Shown in pieces: positions 59,176-64,000 of a DNA stretch of 64,000 nt. This DNA is from Spirochaetaceae bacterium. GTDB lineage: Bacteria; Spirochaetota; Spirochaetia; DSM-27196; SLAA01. The stretch's first letter is position 1. Each line of letters starts with the position of its first letter. A program made the translations under genes and the position numbers. Below the pieces are notes generated by a model. The model had not been told where the DNA came from and made no database searches. It worked only from the letters and a program-made list of their open reading frames with translations. Where the stretch lies: NCBI GenBank assembly GCA_003556605.1, contig PWQX01000284.1, positions 8,954 to 72,953 of the forward strand, given 5' to 3'.

Positions 59176-59886
59176 TTACGCTGTACCGCTGTCCAGCACT
59201 CCGGCGCTCACAAGCCGGCGATAGTACGACACCGCGGTGTCGCCGCAGCTCTTAACCAGCCGGGCGAATCGCTTCGGTCGCCGGCCGTCAAGCGTGTCTG
59301 AAACCGTCCGCACAATCAGTAGGGGAACCTTGTTCAGTGCGCAAACCAGTGCAACCGCAGCACTCTCCATATCGACGACATCACCGCACAGCTGCGAGTC
59401 CGGTGCGCCCAGGCGACGTTTCTCATCGGCATCGACGAAATGGTCGCCGCTCAAGATACGCCCTACATGCCCACGGCCTTGCGGCGGGGATGCAGCGGCA
59501 GCGCACGCGACCAGGCCGGGGGCGCACGTCACTGCTCGATAGCCGCTGTAGGGAATCTCTCCCAGGGCGAACCCAAGGGCCGTAACGTCAAAGTCATACT
59601 GTACACAGTCGCGCCCAATGACGATATCGCCGATCGACAGATCACCCTTAAGGGCACCGGCGATACCGGTGAGCAGCACCGCGCGCGGCTGAAGTGTTTC
59701 AACGAGGTGCTGCGTTATCGCTGCCGCAAGCACCTTCCCTACTCCGATACACCCCACAGCGACATCGGCGCCGTCCAGCATGCCACGATACAGCACGAAG
59801 CGCTGCCAGTCACGGCGATCGGTACGGGACATGAGTCGTGGGATACGGACGATCTCAGCTTGCATCGCGCCCAGCAGCAGAACCAT
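59176..59886 (-). CDS. mtnN: 5'-methylthioadenosine/S-adenosylhomocysteine nucleosidase
   Basis: LLLGAMQAE N-terminus and the VVDMESAAVA motif. Confidence 0.8.
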   Translation of the reverse strand: MVLLLGAMQAEIVRIPRLMSRTDRRDWQRFVLYRGMLDGADVAVGCIGVGKVLAAAITQHLVETLQPRAVLLTGIAGALKGDLSIGDIVIGRDCVQYDFDVTALGFALGEIPYSGYRAVTCAPGLVACAAAASPPQGRGHVGRILSGDHFVDADEKRRLGAPDSQLCGDVVDMESAAVALVCALNKVPLLIVRTVSDTLDGRRPKRFARLVKSCGDTAVSYYRRLVSAGVLDSGTA

Positions 59887-59928
59887 ATCTGCTAATATAC
59901 GATTACAGCCCGCCGACGAAAACTATCA

Positions 59929-61110
59929 TCAGCCGAGCACACGCACGATACGGTCCAACGCCTCGCGCAACAGCGTACGCGGCGTCGCAATATTGAGCCG
60001 CTGAAAGCCTTCACCGCCCGGGCCAAACACCGGACCGTGCGACAGCTCGACTTGTGCTTGTTCGCGCAACACACGTTGCAGCTGTTCGTCGTCAAGTCCA
60101 CGTTCGCGCTGCAGTCGCCTGAAATCAAGCCACATGACAAAGCTCGCTTCTACCGGCGCGGCGCCGACCTGCGGCAGACGCTCGGCAAACACCGCGCGCA
60201 CCTGCTGCACCGTCTCGGCAAGATAGCCGCGCAGCGCGTCCAGCCAGGGAGTACCATGGCGGTAGGCCGCCTCAGTGGCTATCACCGCCGGCGTGGTTAC
60301 GTGATCGGTACCGGTGGCCTTCAGCGCTTTTCGGTATCGTTTGCGCAGCTCCGGGTCGCTGATCGCCGCAGCCGCGACGGCGCATCCGGGGATGTTAAAA
60401 GTCTTGCTCGGGGAGACCAGCGTGACAGTACGCGAGGCGATCTCCGGCCCAAGCCCTGCTATCCCCAGGAACTTGTACGGGTCGAGCCTGAGATCCGCGT
60501 GTATTTCGTCGGAAATCACGATCAAGTCACGACGGACAGCTAGGTCGGCTACCGCTTCAAGCTCAGCGCGCGTCCAGATCCGGCCCACGGGGTTGTGCGG
60601 TGAGCACAGCAACAGCATGCGGGTGCGCTCATCGATCACCGCATCAAGCTCGTCGAGGTCGAATCGGTAGTATCCATCCTGCTCACGCAAGTGGTTCAAC
60701 ACAACCCGACGGTTCTTGTCACGTACCGACTGGAAAAACGGCGTATACACCGGAGCTTGTACAACTACGCCGTCGCCCGGTTCGGTAAAACACTCGATCG
60801 CCGCCTTAACGCCCGGCATTACCGCCGAGACCACCGAAACCTCCTCCTGCGGCATACCGCGCAGATGCTGTTCGCGCTGAAAGGCATCGAGTGCCTCGTA
60901 GAAGCTTTCGGATACCAGCGAGTATCCTAGGATCGGATGTGACAGGCGTTCTCTGATCGCCTCCGCGATAGCCTGCGGGGGCGCGAAGTCCATATCGGCG
61001 ATCCAAAGCGGCAGCCGCCCCTCAGGCACGAGATCCCATTTGATGCTGTTGGTCCCACGACGCGGATGCTGCGTATGGAAGTCGAATCTCCGGGGGTTTG
61101 CGGTTATCAT
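59929..61110 (-). CDS. patB: PLP-dependent C-S lyase, MalY/PatB family
   Basis: Class I/II aminotransferase fold, the SIKWD... N-terminal motif, and the SPSKTFN PLP-lysine motif. Confidence 0.8.
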   Translation of the reverse strand: MITANPRRFDFHTQHPRRGTNSIKWDLVPEGRLPLWIADMDFAPPQAIAEAIRERLSHPILGYSLVSESFYEALDAFQREQHLRGMPQEEVSVVSAVMPGVKAAIECFTEPGDGVVVQAPVYTPFFQSVRDKNRRVVLNHLREQDGYYRFDLDELDAVIDERTRMLLLCSPHNPVGRIWTRAELEAVADLAVRRDLIVISDEIHADLRLDPYKFLGIAGLGPEIASRTVTLVSPSKTFNIPGCAVAAAAISDPELRKRYRKALKATGTDHVTTPAVIATEAAYRHGTPWLDALRGYLAETVQQVRAVFAERLPQVGAAPVEASFVMWLDFRRLQRERGLDDEQLQRVLREQAQVELSHGPVFGPGGEGFQRLNIATPRTLLREALDRIVRVLG

Positions 61111-61276
61111 GCGGTGTTTGCACTCCTCTTATAGTCGTGGGTTGAACCCGTTGATTCGGCAGCGCGAAGCGCGTGTGGGAGGCGCCGGCCCGTTCGGCCA
61201 GTATGTCGCAGCGGCGTCCGTCCGGCAAGCGCCGAACACCGCAGAAAGCGCGGTAAAGGTGTTTACAAGACACGTG

Positions 61277-61305
61277 TTGCCCCGATAGAGCCGGCTTGTT
61301 ATGAT
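61277..61305 (+). promoter_or_regulatory. epmA promoter TTGCCC-N17-(TGT)TATGAT, 8 nt upstream of the ATG (leaderless-type)
   Basis: The -35 is at 61277-61282 and the extended -10 TGTTATGAT at 61297-61305. The ATG is at 61314 with no Shine-Dalgarno in between. Confidence 0.45.
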
Positions 61306-61313
61306 CGCGCAGC

Positions 61314-62306
61314 ATGGAATACCAGGTCGCGCGCCTGCGATCGCGACTCTTTCGCGAGATCCGGACATTTTTCGAGGAGGCCGGTTACCTAGAGGTGGAC
61401 ACGCCGGTACTGTCCCCCGATCTCATACCGGAGAATCACCTCGACGTGTTCCGCACGCGTTTCGAGTCGCCGTATCATGGCTCGCGCGAGCTGTATCTGG
61501 TGCCTTCCCCGGAGGTATATCTCAAACGGCTGCTTTCAGGCGGTTACGGCAACCTGTTTCAGCTTGCACGCAGTTTTCGAAACGGCGAGGCCGCCGGCAG
61601 GCTACACAATCCCGAGTTCACGATGCTGGAGTGGTACACGCTTAATGCCGATTATCGCGCGTCGCTTGACACGGCTTTCGAGCTGTTGCAGTATTTGGCA
61701 CAGCGCTTGGCTTCGGAAGCAGCGCTGAGTGTACGAAACCTTGTCAGCCGCGAGCCGCTCCAACTGACACTCGAGCAGGCGTTTCGCCAATACGTTGGGT
61801 TTTCGCTTGGCGAGGCGCTAGAGCACAATCGCTTACGCGATGCGGTTGCCGGTGTTGGGCTGAAAACGCGCGGATTACACAGCATTGAAGAACTGGTGAA
61901 CCTTGCAGTAGTTGACCGCATTGAGCCCGGGCTTCCCACCGATCGCGCGGTTGCCTTGCTCGAGTATCCAAAGCAGATTCCGACTTTGGCGCGCGAGATC
62001 CCGGGCACACCATGGTGCGAGCGCTGGGAGCTGTATCTCGGCGGAATTGAGCTTGCAAACTGTTACACCGAGGAGACCGATTCCAATCGGGTGGAGCGGT
62101 TTTTCGCGCTGCAACGCGGTCAGAAACGCGGACGTGATGCCGAGCACGGGGTTGATTGCGGGTACCCGCGCTTGTTTGAGCGCGAATTTCCTGCCTGTTC
62201 GGGAGCTGCTCTCGGAGCCGATAGATTGCTACTCATACTCAGTGGAGCGGAGTCGCTCGATGAGGTGATATTTTTCCCGTTTTCTGATACGCTGCGGGAT
62301 CGGTAA
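61314..62306 (+). CDS. epmA: EF-P--(R)-beta-lysine ligase (LysRS paralog)
   Basis: Collinear similarity to EpmA/PoxA (FFEEAGYLEVDTP, FQLARSFRNGE, HNPEFTMLEWY, GIELANC, CSGAALGADRL). It lies directly upstream of efp. Confidence 0.8.
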   Translation: MEYQVARLRSRLFREIRTFFEEAGYLEVDTPVLSPDLIPENHLDVFRTRFESPYHGSRELYLVPSPEVYLKRLLSGGYGNLFQLARSFRNGEAAGRLHNPEFTMLEWYTLNADYRASLDTAFELLQYLAQRLASEAALSVRNLVSREPLQLTLEQAFRQYVGFSLGEALEHNRLRDAVAGVGLKTRGLHSIEELVNLAVVDRIEPGLPTDRAVALLEYPKQIPTLAREIPGTPWCERWELYLGGIELANCYTEETDSNRVERFFALQRGQKRGRDAEHGVDCGYPRLFEREFPACSGAALGADRLLLILSGAESLDEVIFFPFSDTLRDR

Positions 62307-62415
62307 GCACCCGGGGCATACCACCCTGCGCCGCCCCGCAAGATTACAGCGCAGCGAGATCGGAATACGCCCGACACAACACACTATACCTTGAGACGTA
62401 ACGGAGAACGAATAC

Positions 62416-62979
62416 ATGGTTAGAGCAGGTTCAATTGCCAAGGGAATGGTCCTTCTCATGAAGGACGAGCCGTACGTAGTTACAGAGCGCGAGTTCGTAA
62501 ACCCGGGTAAAGGCTCGGCGTTCGTGCGCCTCAAACTCAAGAGCCTCCGCACCGGCCAAGTGCTCCGCGAGACGCTGAAATCCAACGAATCCGCCGAAGA
62601 GGCGGACGTGTACGACAAAGACGGGCAGTTCTTGTACGCAGACGAAAGTGGATATCACTTCATGGATGCCGAGACCTACGAGCAGTACCTCATTGAGCGC
62701 GGGGGGCTCGAGGAAAAAGGAACCTACATGAAGGAAGGCGACACTTACCGGATTATGATGTGGGAGAACCGCCCGATCGACATCGTCCTGCCGCTGAAAA
62801 TGACATTCACCGTCGTAGAGGCCCAGCAAGCGGTGAAAGGTGATACCGTCACCGGCGCGAGCAAGGTAGTCACGCTCGAGACCGGGCGCCAAGTTAAGGT
62901 GCCGTTGTTCATCAAGCCTGGGGACAAGGTGCTCGTAAACACCGAAACCGGCGAATACGTTGAGCGAGTCAACTCCTGA
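62416..62979 (+). CDS. efp: elongation factor P
   Basis: 187 aa with a KPGKG-type loop (VNPGKGSAFVRLKLK). Confidence 0.92.
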   Translation: MVRAGSIAKGMVLLMKDEPYVVTEREFVNPGKGSAFVRLKLKSLRTGQVLRETLKSNESAEEADVYDKDGQFLYADESGYHFMDAETYEQYLIERGGLEEKGTYMKEGDTYRIMMWENRPIDIVLPLKMTFTVVEAQQAVKGDTVTGASKVVTLETGRQVKVPLFIKPGDKVLVNTETGEYVERVNS

Positions 62980-63092
62980 TCACACCCACCGCAGTGATTA
63001 CGAAAGCCGCCCTGATCACCGGCGGCGGCGGCACAGGTGCCCCGGTGCCCCACTCGCTGCCCGCCATTAAGGTATCGGAATATCGATCCAGC

Positions 63093-63138
63093 TTGACATA
63101 GTCCGAACGCCACGGTTACACTGGGAATTAAGTTAACT
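63093..63138 (+). promoter_or_regulatory. rrf2-gene promoter TTGACA-N18-TACACT followed by the palindrome AGTTAACT
   Basis: The -35 is at 63093-63098 and the -10 at 63117-63122. The palindrome lies at 63131-63138, around the expected transcription start. Confidence 0.45.
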
Positions 63139-63177
63139 AAACGGCTCAAGCATTGCTTGTGCCGGCGAGGCAATAGC

Positions 63178-63648
63178 ATGAGAGTCACAACGAAAGGACG
63201 ATACGCACTACGGGCGATCTCAAAACTGGCAATGGCCGATACCGAGCGCCCAGTGCCGATCAAGCGGTTGGCGAGCGAGGAGAATATCTCACCCGAGTTT
63301 CTCGAGCAGATTTTCTTTCGCCTCAAGCAGGCCGGAATCATCACCTCGGTACGCGGCCCAGGCGGCGGCTTTAGACTCAACTACCAGCCGCAACAGATAA
63401 CTGCGAAAGCGGTCTTTGAAGCGGTCGGCGAGGGGCTAACCATTACCCCGTGCGCCAACTGCAGCGACGCGGTGGGTGAGGAGCTCTCGGACGGGCGGCT
63501 GTGCGAACGGCAAGACTTCTGTCACATGCACGCCGTTTGGCGTGACGCCTCCCGGCACATCAACAGCTACTTTTCGAAGCTGACCGTCCAGGATATACTC
63601 GAAACCCCGGTAGGTGGAACCGGGAAACCCTCACCGGCACAGGCCTGA
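63178..63648 (+). CDS. Rrf2-family transcriptional regulator (IscR-like, Cys-rich)
   Basis: MRVTTKGRYALRAI wHTH N-terminus and a Cys cluster (CANCS...CERQDFCHMH). The ATG at 63178 follows GAGG. Confidence 0.8.
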   Translation: MRVTTKGRYALRAISKLAMADTERPVPIKRLASEENISPEFLEQIFFRLKQAGIITSVRGPGGGFRLNYQPQQITAKAVFEAVGEGLTITPCANCSDAVGEELSDGRLCERQDFCHMHAVWRDASRHINSYFSKLTVQDILETPVGGTGKPSPAQA

Positions 63649-63799
63649 GGGCTGCAGCCAAGCGTGCCTGAAAAACCCAAGACTGCTGATCGAGACAGCG
63701 CCACCGCAACAGCGGCGCAAGTGCCGCCGCTCCGTTGGCACCGCTTGCCTAACCGCTGCACACGCGCGGTACAGATCGCACGCGGCTGCCGCACGCCTG

Positions 63800-64000
63800 T
63801 TACTCGCCGCGTCCGGCAGAATCTCCGCTCTCAACCGAGCGGCGGGTCTCTCCGGCCTGCGCGATCGCGGATGGTACCGCCTTGAAATGGAGATCCCGCT
63901 GCGGGAAGGGTATCTCGATCCCGTTGCACTTGAACGCGCGCCAGATCTCGAGGTTATTCCACGAAATCGCGAAGTACTTCTCGGTAGTATCACGTATCCA
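63800..64000 (-). CDS. C-terminal fragment of an MscS-family mechanosensitive channel (gene continues beyond window)
   Basis: Own translation of the minus strand gives ...FAISWNNLEIWRAFKCNGIEIPFPQRDLHF...GE* with the stop TAA at 63800-63802. It is absent from the ORF track because the start lies outside the window. Confidence 0.6.
   Translation of the reverse strand, partial: WIRDTTEKYFAISWNNLEIWRAFKCNGIEIPFPQRDLHFKAVPSAIAQAGETRRSVESGDSAGRGE

Noticed and set aside
1-64000. CRISPR arrays, tRNA/rRNA genes, IS elements, integrases, prophage or defence-island genes
   Set aside because: Reading all intergenic gaps larger than 40 bp found no cloverleaf-like T-arm/acceptor pattern and no spaced direct-repeat array. 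No ORF resembles a transposase, integrase, Cas or restriction-modification protein. The only toxin-type module is the VapC/Phd pair.

Overview
GC-rich, gene-dense bacterial chromosomal window with about 48 protein-coding genes, most on the minus strand. Most are housekeeping genes: hisS, ileS, valS, cysS, the EF-P lysylase epmA with efp, topA, glyA, ackA, murB, hisH-hisF, aroB, ald, rlmKL, mtnN and a DEAH helicase. Accessory content includes a LacI-regulated sugar ABC operon, an ECF sigma/anti-sigma operon ending in an IPT/TIG-transglutaminase protein, a VapC/Phd-type toxin-antitoxin pair, a 982-aa OmpA-like repeat protein and several exported or lipoprotein hypotheticals. The protein flavour (GT4 lipid glycosyltransferases, FlgD-Ig/OmpA protein, cNMP-binding protein) weakly suggests a spirochaete-like organism, but I cannot verify that. 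I saw no rRNA, tRNA, CRISPR array, transposase or integrase. Two observations stand out. (1) A roughly 135-160 bp non-coding hairpin element occurs in at least two copies in opposite orientation (26.5 kb and 59.0 kb), one with perfect 18-bp terminal inverted repeats, and each lies about 22 nt after a stop codon; it looks MITE/REP-like or like a structured RNA. (2) A 1520-aa fusion of two HgdC-type activase modules plus a dehydratase-like C-terminus sits 8 nt upstream of an MGS-like GT4 glycosyltransferase and diverges from a second GT4 paralog; this is a candidate anaerobic ether-glycolipid (plasmalogen) locus. Smaller items are a toxin-antitoxin operator/promoter, a 16-bp tandem duplication at a gene junction, a shared AGTTAACT operator-like palindrome at two promoters, probable leaderless promoters and a long unexplained ileS leader. 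Most of the window is ordinary core genome. No conventional defence or mobile island is evident.
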